Part shown: positions 40,813 through 50,172 of the stretch, piece after piece
Numbering within the stretch: position 1 is the first letter of the stretch
Layout of the letters: the number at the start of each line of letters is the position of its first letter
Virus record (IMG/VR): IMGVR_UViG_3300032893_000025
Span: 15,336-79,335 of that record
DNA length: 64,000 nt
Reading direction: 5' to 3' (one strand)
From: a virus
Notes under the pieces: model-generated
Told to the model about the DNA's origin: nothing
The model's database searches: none
The model's input: the letters and a program-made list of their open reading frames with translations, nothing else
Made by a program: the position numbers and the translations under genes

Positions 40813-41505
40813 TTAATTCTGTTTAGTTTGCAACATATATTTATACTCTTTTAAATAAATATCCACAGCCAATCTTATCATTTCTTCATGGTTATAGTTT
40901 TGTAACTCACAAGTTAGTGTTGTGTTACCTGATGCAGTTAATCCCATATATTTAGGACTTCTTAAGTAAGTTAAACTTATACTGTCACTATTTGTATCAA
41001 CTGTAGTGTAACTATCTACTATTACCAGCATTACATCACTTCCTTCAAAATATACTATTGGTTCATTTAATATAGGTTTATTATAAATATTACTTGTAAT
41101 TTTACCTACATCACTATAATTATCCCCAACAATATTATTAGTCCATCCTGTTACAGATATTGGTTGTGTTCTTGTTACATAAGAATCTGATCTTATATAA
41201 TGTAAAAAAGATATACCCGTTAATCCTACCCTAAACCCTATTCCAGTTAATGGCCCAGTAGTTATACTATCTGGAGTTATTAATTCTGAAACAATTAAAT
41301 TTCTTAAATCCCCGAAGTTTTTCTGTATACTTTCTATATTTTCTTTAAAAGTTGGTTTATTAAGATACTTATTATATAAATATCTTGTTTGAGCTATATT
41401 TATCATTATAAGTTTGGTATCTGTATCAACAGGTTCTTCCTTGAACTTTGGATCTACAGTTTCAATTAACTTATCAAATTCATATAAAAACTCATATACA
41501 TTCAT
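40813..41505 (-). CDS. Tail ring protein paralog 2
   Basis: MN..EF..EFD; IN.AQ; YLRSP..CEL...HEE.I.LAV. Confidence 0.75.
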   Translation of the reverse strand: MNVYEFLYEFDKLIETVDPKFKEEPVDTDTKLIMINIAQTRYLYNKYLNKPTFKENIESIQKNFGDLRNLIVSELITPDSITTGPLTGIGFRVGLTGISFLHYIRSDSYVTRTQPISVTGWTNNIVGDNYSDVGKITSNIYNKPILNEPIVYFEGSDVMLVIVDSYTTVDTNSDSISLTYLRSPKYMGLTASGNTTLTCELQNYNHEEMIRLAVDIYLKEYKYMLQTKQN

Positions 41506-42140
41506 TAGTTACTACTTTGGGTTTCTTGTATATTAAATACAACTTTTGATATATCTATAGCTTTATCTACTATTCTTCTATGTAAACTTTCTTGCAATTC
41601 ACAATTATTAATAGAACTTATATCTGTTCTTTTTTTAACATATATTAAAGAGATATTAGTAATTGTTGTATAATCATCTCCTAAAACTGTTAATTTATTA
41701 TCTTCTATATAACATTTAGGATTTTTAAATATCCTACTTGAATTAAATACAGAAGATAATATTTCTGTTGCTTTATCTCTTGATACTACAAAATTCTTTA
41801 ATGGTTGGGCAGATGATATAAATTGTGTAGGAATAAATCCTGTTGCTGACATTGCCGTTCTAGTTAAAGAAGAATAAGAGTCTATGTATAGCCAGTAATC
41901 TGCTGGTAAAGCCCTATAATAAACTTTATTGGATCCTGTGTAAGTTGCTGCTACAGAATCTGTAGTTACTATCTCTTCTAATAAGAGATAATTTTTTTCA
42001 TTATATAAATCTTTTATAATATAATCCTGAGATCTATTAAGTAACGCATACACCTGAGTATCTGTGAACCCAGGTGCTGCTCCTGAAGCAATTACATCTG
42101 CTCCAAGTCTAAATTCATATAACATCTCAGTATTAGTCAT
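41505..42140 (-). CDS. Tail ring protein paralog 1
   Basis: MTN.EM..EF..AAPGF; LN.SQ; YVK..CEL.ESLH..IVD.A. Confidence 0.75.
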   Translation of the reverse strand: MTNTEMLYEFRLGADVIASGAAPGFTDTQVYALLNRSQDYIIKDLYNEKNYLLLEEIVTTDSVAATYTGSNKVYYRALPADYWLYIDSYSSLTRTAMSATGFIPTQFISSAQPLKNFVVSRDKATEILSSVFNSSRIFKNPKCYIEDNKLTVLGDDYTTITNISLIYVKKRTDISSINNCELQESLHRRIVDKAIDISKVVFNIQETQSSN

Positions 42141-43114
42141 TATTCAGCTTCTACTTTTTTACTAGTTGATTTTCCTATAGGATTATATACTCCATTAGCC
42201 AAATCTATTCTTTCTAAAAGAATTAAATAAGTATCATCCTTATCTTTATTCTTTTCTGCTAAAGCTAAATAACTAATCATTTCTTCCATAGTATATTTAC
42301 TTCCACCAGGAAGATTATAACTATCTACCCCATTCTTTGTTATTGCACCAGCAGTTACTCCATTAAGTAAAAGAATCTTGTATTTCTTATCAGGATCATC
42401 TATAATGGCTAAAAATCCTTTTTTATCTTTAGATATTATTTCATCTATATCCTGAACAAGTCTATTACTTGTTATATTTTTAGGTACTTCTATAAAGTCT
42501 TTTTTGCTTAAATGATATAATCTTAAGAATTCTACCATTCTGTCAATATTACTTTGTAGTTTACCAAATTCAGTGTAACATTTAGTTAATACTTCAGCAG
42601 CAGTCTTTTTAGATGTATCTTCATATTCTCCATCTTTTAATGCCCAAACATAATGTTGTTTGTCTAATCTTTGTTCCCAGGATGGAGCTATATCATGCCA
42701 CATCTTTAGTATTTTATACTTTATCATATCCTCAGGAATGGATAAGTCTAACATATAACCATTTAATTTTATAGAAGCATCTACTTCAAATTTTACTCTG
42801 GTTAGATTACTTTTTCCTGTATTCCAAACACAGTTTGGGTCATTACTGTTAGGTGTTAAATCTATACCTATAACACTCTCAAAGAATTCTTTTTCTTCTG
42901 GTGATTCAAAAGGATTAAAATAATACCCTTTATCTGATATTGGTAAACATCTTTCAAACATAGCCCCATCATACATAAAACTGTGTATTGAATTTGAACT
43001 AGATTTAATAAGAGTTAAATCTTTTCCATCAATTGGCTTTAAAGCCACTTTCTTGTTTTTTAAAAATCCTTTTTTAATTCCTTCCTCAATTGTCCAAGTT
43101 TTCTTACTTTCCAT
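42140..43114 (-). CDS. Conserved crAss-like protein downstream of the major capsid gene
   Basis: 324 aa; LDLS.PED.IKYK.L and IAPSW motifs; synteny. Confidence 0.65.
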   Translation of the reverse strand: MESKKTWTIEEGIKKGFLKNKKVALKPIDGKDLTLIKSSSNSIHSFMYDGAMFERCLPISDKGYYFNPFESPEEKEFFESVIGIDLTPNSNDPNCVWNTGKSNLTRVKFEVDASIKLNGYMLDLSIPEDMIKYKILKMWHDIAPSWEQRLDKQHYVWALKDGEYEDTSKKTAAEVLTKCYTEFGKLQSNIDRMVEFLRLYHLSKKDFIEVPKNITSNRLVQDIDEIISKDKKGFLAIIDDPDKKYKILLLNGVTAGAITKNGVDSYNLPGGSKYTMEEMISYLALAEKNKDKDDTYLILLERIDLANGVYNPIGKSTSKKVEAE

Positions 43115-43142
43115 AGTTTACTTTAATTTAAATTTATAAAAT

Positions 43143-43174
43143 AAAGTAAAGGTGCATTTCTACACCTTTACTTT
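43143..43174 (-). terminator. Intrinsic terminator/hairpin after the major capsid gene
   Basis: Perfect 12-bp inverted repeat AAAGTAAAGGTG-N8-CACCTTTACTTT. Confidence 0.7.
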
Positions 43175-43184
43175 TTAGTTTTTA

Positions 43185-44693
43185 TTAATAACCAAGTGCT
43201 TTATAAGTAGATGGCATGTAACGTCCTGTACGTAAAGGATTTTTAATCCTGACAGAAGTTATACACATTTTACTTAATTGGTAAGCATCTTGCATATCAG
43301 CTACAGGATGTGGTACAGATCCTAGTCCGCCTGGGCTATAAGGATCACGGAATCCAGGTCTATAAGCCATGAATTCTTCCCAACCTTTAATACCTACTTT
43401 AGCAATATTAGGTTCTCCTTTATCTGAACCAAAATCCCAGATATTGTAAATGTAAGAACTGATATAACCACCATTTGGATTAGAAATCTTACCAGCGGTT
43501 ACTGGACTATCTAACATCTTATCAACCATCATTTCAATAGTAATACCATTGATCCAGTCAAATTTAGTTATTTGTCCTTCAGTTACATTAACTTTACCAT
43601 TAACAACTTGAACGTTATGGTCACTTCTTAACCAAGCATAAGTAGCCATTTTAGCGGCAACAGCTTTATGGAATTGATACATACCAAATTCTCCAGTTGT
43701 TACTAAGAAACGTCTATCACTTTCATCTAACTTGTTATAAGAGATACCCATTAAGAAATCTGTAAAGCCATCTAAGTTAAATACATTGTAAAAACCTAAG
43801 TTAGAACCAGCCATTTGGTCATAAAGACCATAACCAGCTTTAACAGGATTACCAGATTCACCAAAGATTTGAGTAGTACCATCAAGACCTACAGTATTTT
43901 TACCATAAAGAATAACTCTTGCCTGATCTCTCTTAGCTTGTTTGTAGAATTCCCATTCTAATTTATTAATCCATGCTTCCTGAATTTTACCTTTATCATC
44001 TTGGAATTTAAAAGCTAAAGGAATATTCTTACCAGCAGCAATTATAGAAGAAGGAATAGTCACACTTTTTCTAATATGAGTGATCCAGTTTTGTAGTTCA
44101 AACATACTTTCAAAATGTATATCACTACCACGCAATGACATATCTTCTTCAACAGGAGCATAAAGTGATCCATAAGGTACACCAGCTAGTAATTCTTCTA
44201 CAGGCATGTAAGATGTTGGGCTACTTCCGTAAACCTGAACTTTATACCTCCAATAAGAACCAACTTGTGTAGGATCTTCCATAATACGTACCTGATAATC
44301 TTCAGGTCTTAACCCTGCTATAACAGATGGAGCACTAAACCATTTTTCTGCAAAATACAGATAGAATGGTTGAAAGTTTTCCCCTACTTTAGCAGTAGTA
44401 GATGAACTTACTTCAGTTTCTGATAACCCATAGGTAGCTTTTACCAATGGAATATTTCTTTCAGATGTACCGCGTAAGTACCATTTATATACTGGTTGAT
44501 CTGTATAGATAGTAGGATACTTATCTACTACAGCAACGAGATTATCATCCCCGTTAACCATACTATATAAATTATCAATAGTTTGTGATAGAACTGCCGG
44601 CCCTTTAGTGTATCCTATATAGGCCAGATTGTTCCACTTTGTAAAACCAGCCCAGTATTTGGGATTGGTCACTTGAGTTACCGCAATTTTCAT
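43185..44693 (-). CDS. Major capsid protein (HK97 fold, crAss-type)
   Basis: 502 aa; W.G.T..NNL, NIPLVKA, GESGN...G.GL..Q and TGE.G..QFH motifs; follows the scaffold gene and precedes a terminator. Confidence 0.9.
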   Translation of the reverse strand: MKIAVTQVTNPKYWAGFTKWNNLAYIGYTKGPAVLSQTIDNLYSMVNGDDNLVAVVDKYPTIYTDQPVYKWYLRGTSERNIPLVKATYGLSETEVSSSTTAKVGENFQPFYLYFAEKWFSAPSVIAGLRPEDYQVRIMEDPTQVGSYWRYKVQVYGSSPTSYMPVEELLAGVPYGSLYAPVEEDMSLRGSDIHFESMFELQNWITHIRKSVTIPSSIIAAGKNIPLAFKFQDDKGKIQEAWINKLEWEFYKQAKRDQARVILYGKNTVGLDGTTQIFGESGNPVKAGYGLYDQMAGSNLGFYNVFNLDGFTDFLMGISYNKLDESDRRFLVTTGEFGMYQFHKAVAAKMATYAWLRSDHNVQVVNGKVNVTEGQITKFDWINGITIEMMVDKMLDSPVTAGKISNPNGGYISSYIYNIWDFGSDKGEPNIAKVGIKGWEEFMAYRPGFRDPYSPGGLGSVPHPVADMQDAYQLSKMCITSVRIKNPLRTGRYMPSTYKALGY

Positions 44694-44711
44694 ATTTATT
44701 TATAATTAAGC

Positions 44712-45884
44712 TTATCTTCTTGTATTAATTGTACCAAACAGACTGTCTAAAGTTCCCTTTCCTGATTCATCATCTTCTGTATCCATTACTGGATTACCAC
44801 CTTTCCTTGGTGTAGTTTTAAGGATATTTTCTAATTCTTCAGTTGCTTTAGTTTTAGCTTTTGCTAAAGGCTTATCAAACTTTCCATCTAATAATCCATT
44901 TTTAATAGCATAAGCAACCATAGTATCAAATTTAATAGGATCTTTTTGTCTTAAAGACCACATATTTCCTGAAAGTACATCTTTCTTTAAAGCATCTTTA
45001 GTTTGCTTATTAATCTTTACCCCAGGAATAGGTTCTTCAAGTTTATCAATAAATTCCGTGTATTTAGCTACAATTTGTTTCTTCTGTTCTTCCTTTACTT
45101 TAGCTTCTTCAACTTTAGCCTTTTCAGCCTGTTTAATTTGCTCTTTAGTAAATTCTTTAACATTTTTAAGAGATTGTTTGGATTCTTCAATATCTTCTCC
45201 AGATTTAACAATTCTCTCTACTTCTTTTTTAATCTTTTCTTCAGAGAAGTTTGTAGAGTTGTAAAGATCTTGGGCAATTATTTTCTTTCTTAAATCTTCT
45301 TTATCTTCTCCTAACAAATCTTCTTCTTTAATACTATCGTATTGAATTTTAGAAGCTATAAGAGAAGTTGCTGTTGCAGTATCTAAACCAAGATCTTTTA
45401 ATCTTACATATTCTTTAGCATCATCTTCAAGTTCTTCTATTACACTTTGTCTTGCAATAGTAGCCTCTTTAGCAAATACTTCTTTTACTGCTTCTGCTGT
45501 ACCTACTTCTTCAACTCTTTTTTCAAAATCTTCTTTACTAAATTCACTAAGGACTTCCTCCTCTACCAGACTTTGGAAAACAAGACTATGGACATTGGAA
45601 GAAGATTTAATATTTTTGGTAGAAGGAGGAGCCTTAGTTGTAACTTTAGGTTCTTTCTCTAACTCTTCTTCATCTTTTTCATCCTTTCCAGGATTATCTT
45701 GCTTTTCTTTTATTTCTTCAGTTTCTTCTGGAAACTCATCTTCAGTTCCAGTTTTATCTATCTTTTCTATTTCTCCAGACTCAACTCCTTGTTGAACCTG
45801 TTCTTCCATTAAAGAAAACATATCAGTTCCAATTTCTGAATTATTTTCCATTAAGTTTGTAAAATCAATTGTGTCTCTTTCCAT
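44712..45884 (-). CDS. Putative capsid scaffolding protein
   Basis: 390 aa, acidic disordered N-terminus plus coiled coils; immediately upstream of the MCP gene. Confidence 0.65.
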   Translation of the reverse strand: MERDTIDFTNLMENNSEIGTDMFSLMEEQVQQGVESGEIEKIDKTGTEDEFPEETEEIKEKQDNPGKDEKDEEELEKEPKVTTKAPPSTKNIKSSSNVHSLVFQSLVEEEVLSEFSKEDFEKRVEEVGTAEAVKEVFAKEATIARQSVIEELEDDAKEYVRLKDLGLDTATATSLIASKIQYDSIKEEDLLGEDKEDLRKKIIAQDLYNSTNFSEEKIKKEVERIVKSGEDIEESKQSLKNVKEFTKEQIKQAEKAKVEEAKVKEEQKKQIVAKYTEFIDKLEEPIPGVKINKQTKDALKKDVLSGNMWSLRQKDPIKFDTMVAYAIKNGLLDGKFDKPLAKAKTKATEELENILKTTPRKGGNPVMDTEDDESGKGTLDSLFGTINTRR

Positions 45885-45904
45885 ATTGTCTTGTTATTTG
45901 TTAG

Positions 45905-45935
45905 CAAATATATCTATAAGTTAAAAGTTTAACAA
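45905..45935 (-). promoter_or_regulatory. Bacteroidota sigmaA promoter for the scaffold/capsid operon
   Basis: TTG-N20-TATATTTG upstream of 45884. Confidence 0.65.
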
Positions 45936-45979
45936 CTTAATAAGTTATTATTTCAGTTTATTATAACTAAAAGTTTAAA

Positions 45980-46205
45980 CTATAATTTAGATAATAAAAT
46001 TATTACCTCTAGAAATGCAACTACTATTCTAAGTAAAGTATTGTTTAAAAATGGCATTTTATTCAATACCCAATCAAATACTGATGTTTTACCTTCTGAT
46101 TTATCACTAGATATATTAGTATAAAGTAAATCCTATATCTCTAAGTTGTTGTAATATATATATATTGTAATTCTATTATTTATTATATAAGATTTATAAA
46201 AACAT
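45980..46205 (-). pseudogene. Possible decayed small membrane-protein gene
   Basis: An ATG overlaps the upstream stop (TAATG) but is followed by stops; a downstream 50-codon frame DLLYTNISSDKSEGKTSVFDW...LRIVVAFLEVIILL has no start. Confidence 0.3.
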
Positions 46206-46453
46206 TAATTAGGTTTAGTTATACTATCATCCTTTAATCCTGATTTTAATTCTGCTAATTTATGTAAATATTTAGGGGTAAATATAGCTAGTAGTATCAT
46301 AAAAGAATAAAATATAAAATCCCCAGAAATAGGATTTTTACTATATAACCAAAACAAGGTAAGTATAAAATAAAATATAAGTAATAAAAAAGATTGTAAT
46401 CGTGTTGAACTCTTTACACCTTCTGATTCTTCAAAGAACCCTATTTTTTTCAT
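46205..46453 (-). CDS. Holin-like two-TM protein (paralog of 29771..30037)
   Basis: GFFEE..G.KSSTR followed by two TM helices and a charged tail. Confidence 0.62.
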   Translation of the reverse strand: MKKIGFFEESEGVKSSTRLQSFLLLIFYFILTLFWLYSKNPISGDFIFYSFMILLAIFTPKYLHKLAELKSGLKDDSITKPN

Positions 46454-46479
46454 AATATTAATTATTTAAGTTAAACATC

Positions 46480-48582
46480 TTATTGTTCAGTTCGTACCAG
46501 TATCAACCATTCATAAGGTGCAATCGTAATTGGATAGGTTGGCGTTGTGCCATCCAATTTAATATAATCATTATGTGGCATATCACTCAATTTTACAATC
46601 TTATTATTTCTTGTAAAATTTACAAGTGGATAAACGTAATTGGTTTTACTTTTTGTAGAATTCACCCATAACGAAGGAGTTATTATTTGTTCATTTGTTC
46701 TATGCCAATTATAAGTTGTCTGGTCTGTAACTGTCCAGAAATGCAAATTTTGTGCTCTCATTGTTTCTGTATTGTGCGACATATAAAAAATACTGTCATT
46801 TTTTGCAGGGGCCTGCCCAAATGGTAAGTAATAACGATTATTGTTAAAAATATTACTTCCGCGCACTGCTCCTAAATCATAAGCATATACTGGATTATCA
46901 ACATATTGTAAAATAAAATCATTATATTCAACATCATTATTCCCCCCACTTAAGGGAGTTTGATTTCCATTAATCCATAATCCAACATTTTTATCAGAGC
47001 CCACCCCTGTTGTTATAAAAGTATTATTTTTAATAATATGCGAATCCCCTTCAATGGTTGCCGCAAAATGTGAATTTGTTGAATAATTATATTGTGCATC
47101 AATAAATGAAGAACCCTCATCGCAATAAATACCATACTTATAAATTGCAATAGTAGGCATTCTGTCAATTATATTATTTTTGATCTGGCAATAGTTAAAA
47201 CTATAAGGATTCTTGTGGTAAACATTATTATAAGAATAATTGCAATAAAATGTCCTTATTCCCCCACAATCTATCATATTTGTAGCATAATTCCATACAT
47301 AATTATGATGAATATTAACTGCATTGGTTGTTAAAAATTCAATGCCGGCATATCCTGTATTTTTAACTATATTGTAGGATAATTCTATAAGATAACAACG
47401 AAGCATATAAATACCTTGTCCAATCATACCCATCATTGCATCGTAAGTAATATCATAACGCCCCCAACCTATAATAGAATCACAACGATCTATATAATTA
47501 TTCATAATCAATGCATTATGAGATGTCCTCAAGTAAATAGCACGATTATTACTATCTATAATTGAATCATTTTTTATGACAATATTTTGGCATGAATCTA
47601 ATAAAAATCCATGCCTACCAGAATTGGATATGGTTAAATTATTAAATGAAATTTGAGAACAGTTGTATGCATCTATAGTATTATCAGATGCTCCGGCAAA
47701 ATTTATATTATTAAAAGCAATGTTATTGCAATTAACCAATTTAATACCATGTTTATAATAACTTACGGAAATGTTACTCGGTGAACCAGATGAATAAATA
47801 TAAATAGTTTTTGCAATTGAATCATAAGCCCATTCATTTGCTGTTGTAATGCAATTTTTATGATTTTGAATAAAATAAAGAGTCCCATTAGTCGCTCCAA
47901 ACGCACCATAATATCCATGTCCGGGAGTTAATCCTGCATAAATTGTTCCATCAAAATTGTGATAAGAATTAGTATCATTGGCCCAAAAATTAAAAGTTTT
48001 ATTACTATAAGTTGTACATCTGATTACCTTAATATACCATGTAAATGGTGCTGTTACTAATTCACAACCATTCCAGTAATTATCGGCTCTGGCACTCGTA
48101 TCATTTGCAATTAATGAATATACTGTTCCACCTGTTGCAGATTTATAATTAATTTTTGGGTATCTGGCTAAGATTCCTCGCGTTGAGCCAAAAAATACAG
48201 TGGTTATTTCTGGTGGAAAATGACTATCTTGAACATGCCAAATATTCCCAGCATTTGTCCATCCTATAATTGTTTTAAATAAATTAACAACGGGATTTGC
48301 ACCAATTCCATAGGCCCCAATCGAAATATTATTCTTTGAATAAAAACTTATGGTATCCTGAAAAACACTGCCCCTTTCCAACCCAATACTTTGATTAGAT
48401 TGAACTGTAGTTATTGCCTTATTTATTGTTTGAAAAGGAAGACTTTTTGTTCCAGGATTATTATCACTTCCATTATTTGAGACATAATAATTAAAAATTT
48501 CCCTATTTTTTAACGAAACGTGAAAAGTCTGAGACATTAAATCCCCGCATATAGATAATAATAAAAAAAATATAATTTTCAT
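46480..48582 (-). CDS. Signal-peptide-bearing right-handed beta-helix protein (paralog of 30050..32887)
   Basis: MKIIFFLLLSICGDLMS|Q; YYVSNNGSDNNPG...PFQT; shares AD(D/N)YWNG, NH(K/R)NC and EW(A/S)YD...IYIYS motifs with the 30050 protein. Confidence 0.75.
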   Translation of the reverse strand: MKIIFFLLLSICGDLMSQTFHVSLKNREIFNYYVSNNGSDNNPGTKSLPFQTINKAITTVQSNQSIGLERGSVFQDTISFYSKNNISIGAYGIGANPVVNLFKTIIGWTNAGNIWHVQDSHFPPEITTVFFGSTRGILARYPKINYKSATGGTVYSLIANDTSARADNYWNGCELVTAPFTWYIKVIRCTTYSNKTFNFWANDTNSYHNFDGTIYAGLTPGHGYYGAFGATNGTLYFIQNHKNCITTANEWAYDSIAKTIYIYSSGSPSNISVSYYKHGIKLVNCNNIAFNNINFAGASDNTIDAYNCSQISFNNLTISNSGRHGFLLDSCQNIVIKNDSIIDSNNRAIYLRTSHNALIMNNYIDRCDSIIGWGRYDITYDAMMGMIGQGIYMLRCYLIELSYNIVKNTGYAGIEFLTTNAVNIHHNYVWNYATNMIDCGGIRTFYCNYSYNNVYHKNPYSFNYCQIKNNIIDRMPTIAIYKYGIYCDEGSSFIDAQYNYSTNSHFAATIEGDSHIIKNNTFITTGVGSDKNVGLWINGNQTPLSGGNNDVEYNDFILQYVDNPVYAYDLGAVRGSNIFNNNRYYLPFGQAPAKNDSIFYMSHNTETMRAQNLHFWTVTDQTTYNWHRTNEQIITPSLWVNSTKSKTNYVYPLVNFTRNNKIVKLSDMPHNDYIKLDGTTPTYPITIAPYEWLILVRTEQ

Positions 48583-48583
48583 A

Positions 48584-50170
48584 TTAAAACGGATTTCTAT
48601 GTAAAGCAGTTTCTAAAGCATTTACGCGTAAATAAAATTTATTTATGTGATAATTTTGTAAAGCTGTTCTCCAAATAGCAAAAAAAGCATCTCTGTTTAA
48701 AGTAAAATTTTCAGCAGTATTGGCATTATCATTAGCTAAAATATAAACTGGATACGTAGGAGTTGGAGAAACATAAGGAGCCGTCACAGAAGTAGTATAG
48801 TACCCTCCATTTGAAGCAATAATAGTTCCACCTGTTGATGATGTATTATATCTTGAAATAGAAAAATAACCCGGAGAAATTTGAGTTCCTTGTAATGCCA
48901 CAGTTGTAAAAGGACACGCAAGCCAATTCGTAGTGTATCTCCCTGTACCCATTTGAAAATATTTAGTTCCTTTTGTCCCCATATCGACTTGCTCACCAGC
49001 ATTTACATTTACAGTCTGGCAATAATAGAAAAGTCCTCCGACTGTATCTGTCGAATTAAATGTAAAATGTGTATTTCCATATCCTGAACTTGTTCCTACC
49101 ATTCCTAATGCGCTATGGGTAATAGAACCATTAAAAGTTATTCTATAAGCTTCATCCAGATCTCGTGGATCTTTCGCATTCCATTTATCTGAAGATGCAG
49201 TACCGCCAATAATTAAATACATTGCTGCAATTTTAGTATAAAGCGTATCTAGTTTTACTCCTACAAAAAAATTATTGACGGCTGTCCATATTTCTGCTCC
49301 CGTTATTTGCTGAGCTGTACTTGGATAATAAACAGTTGCATCATTAGGAATTCCCGCAGCAGTTAAATATGCAGTAGCATCAGGATCATTGTTCGATATT
49401 TGCACATAAGAACTTGAAGTCTGATAACCAGGCGAAATTCCTGTTAAAGCTGTAGGAGTAACATTAAATTTTATAAATTTATTAACATCTGCTATAGTTG
49501 GTATATATAAATTAGTGGTAGCCCCAGTTATGGCAGTATAACTACCCCCTGATGTTGATGATTCAGTCCATGAATAAGTAGGAGTTCCAATTACATCTCC
49601 ATCATTATCAGAATAAATATAATGGCCTCTTAGTGTATCGCCATAATTATTATTTCCTGTAATTTTTACCCCCGAAGCAACTGGTGCAGTATTTTCAGTT
49701 GTAAGGCGTTGTTGAATAATCCGATAGTTAAAAAATCTCCCATCATACGAGAAAACAAAAATATTTTCCATATTAAGAGTATTATCGAAATTAATTATGT
49801 CATAATTAACAAAACCAGACAACGATAAATAATGCTCTCCATCACCAATAAATCTAATTATAGCACCATTGCCAATATGCTTACCAACAGTATCTAATCT
49901 AACAATTGAATCTTTATTAACTATAACTGAGCCATAATTTGTTATTAAATTCGAAAATGTTATAGTATCTAAAAATTGCTTGGTTATACTTGAAACATTT
50001 CCACCATTTAAAAACAATAAACTATCATTATGATTTAAAACTCTTCTTACTTCTCGTAAATTAGCTGTACTTCCTGGATTAGCAACATTTGGATTCAATG
50101 TTTGCTGTTGTGAATTATTTATTCCATATAAAATAAATAATCCTAATAATAATAATAATAATTTTTTCAT
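48584..50170 (-). CDS. Signal-peptide-bearing multi-domain adhesin-like protein (beta-sandwich + Ig-like + LamG/lectin-like)
   Basis: Start at MKKLLLLLLGLFILYG (50170); APVASGV.ITG...GDTL Ig-like domain; DPDA.AYL.AAG...K.....K..A.Y..GG C-terminal domain. Confidence 0.7.
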   Translation of the reverse strand: MKKLLLLLLGLFILYGINNSQQQTLNPNVANPGSTANLREVRRVLNHNDSLLFLNGGNVSSITKQFLDTITFSNLITNYGSVIVNKDSIVRLDTVGKHIGNGAIIRFIGDGEHYLSLSGFVNYDIINFDNTLNMENIFVFSYDGRFFNYRIIQQRLTTENTAPVASGVKITGNNNYGDTLRGHYIYSDNDGDVIGTPTYSWTESSTSGGSYTAITGATTNLYIPTIADVNKFIKFNVTPTALTGISPGYQTSSSYVQISNNDPDATAYLTAAGIPNDATVYYPSTAQQITGAEIWTAVNNFFVGVKLDTLYTKIAAMYLIIGGTASSDKWNAKDPRDLDEAYRITFNGSITHSALGMVGTSSGYGNTHFTFNSTDTVGGLFYYCQTVNVNAGEQVDMGTKGTKYFQMGTGRYTTNWLACPFTTVALQGTQISPGYFSISRYNTSSTGGTIIASNGGYYTTSVTAPYVSPTPTYPVYILANDNANTAENFTLNRDAFFAIWRTALQNYHINKFYLRVNALETALHRNPF

Positions 50171-50172
50171 AT

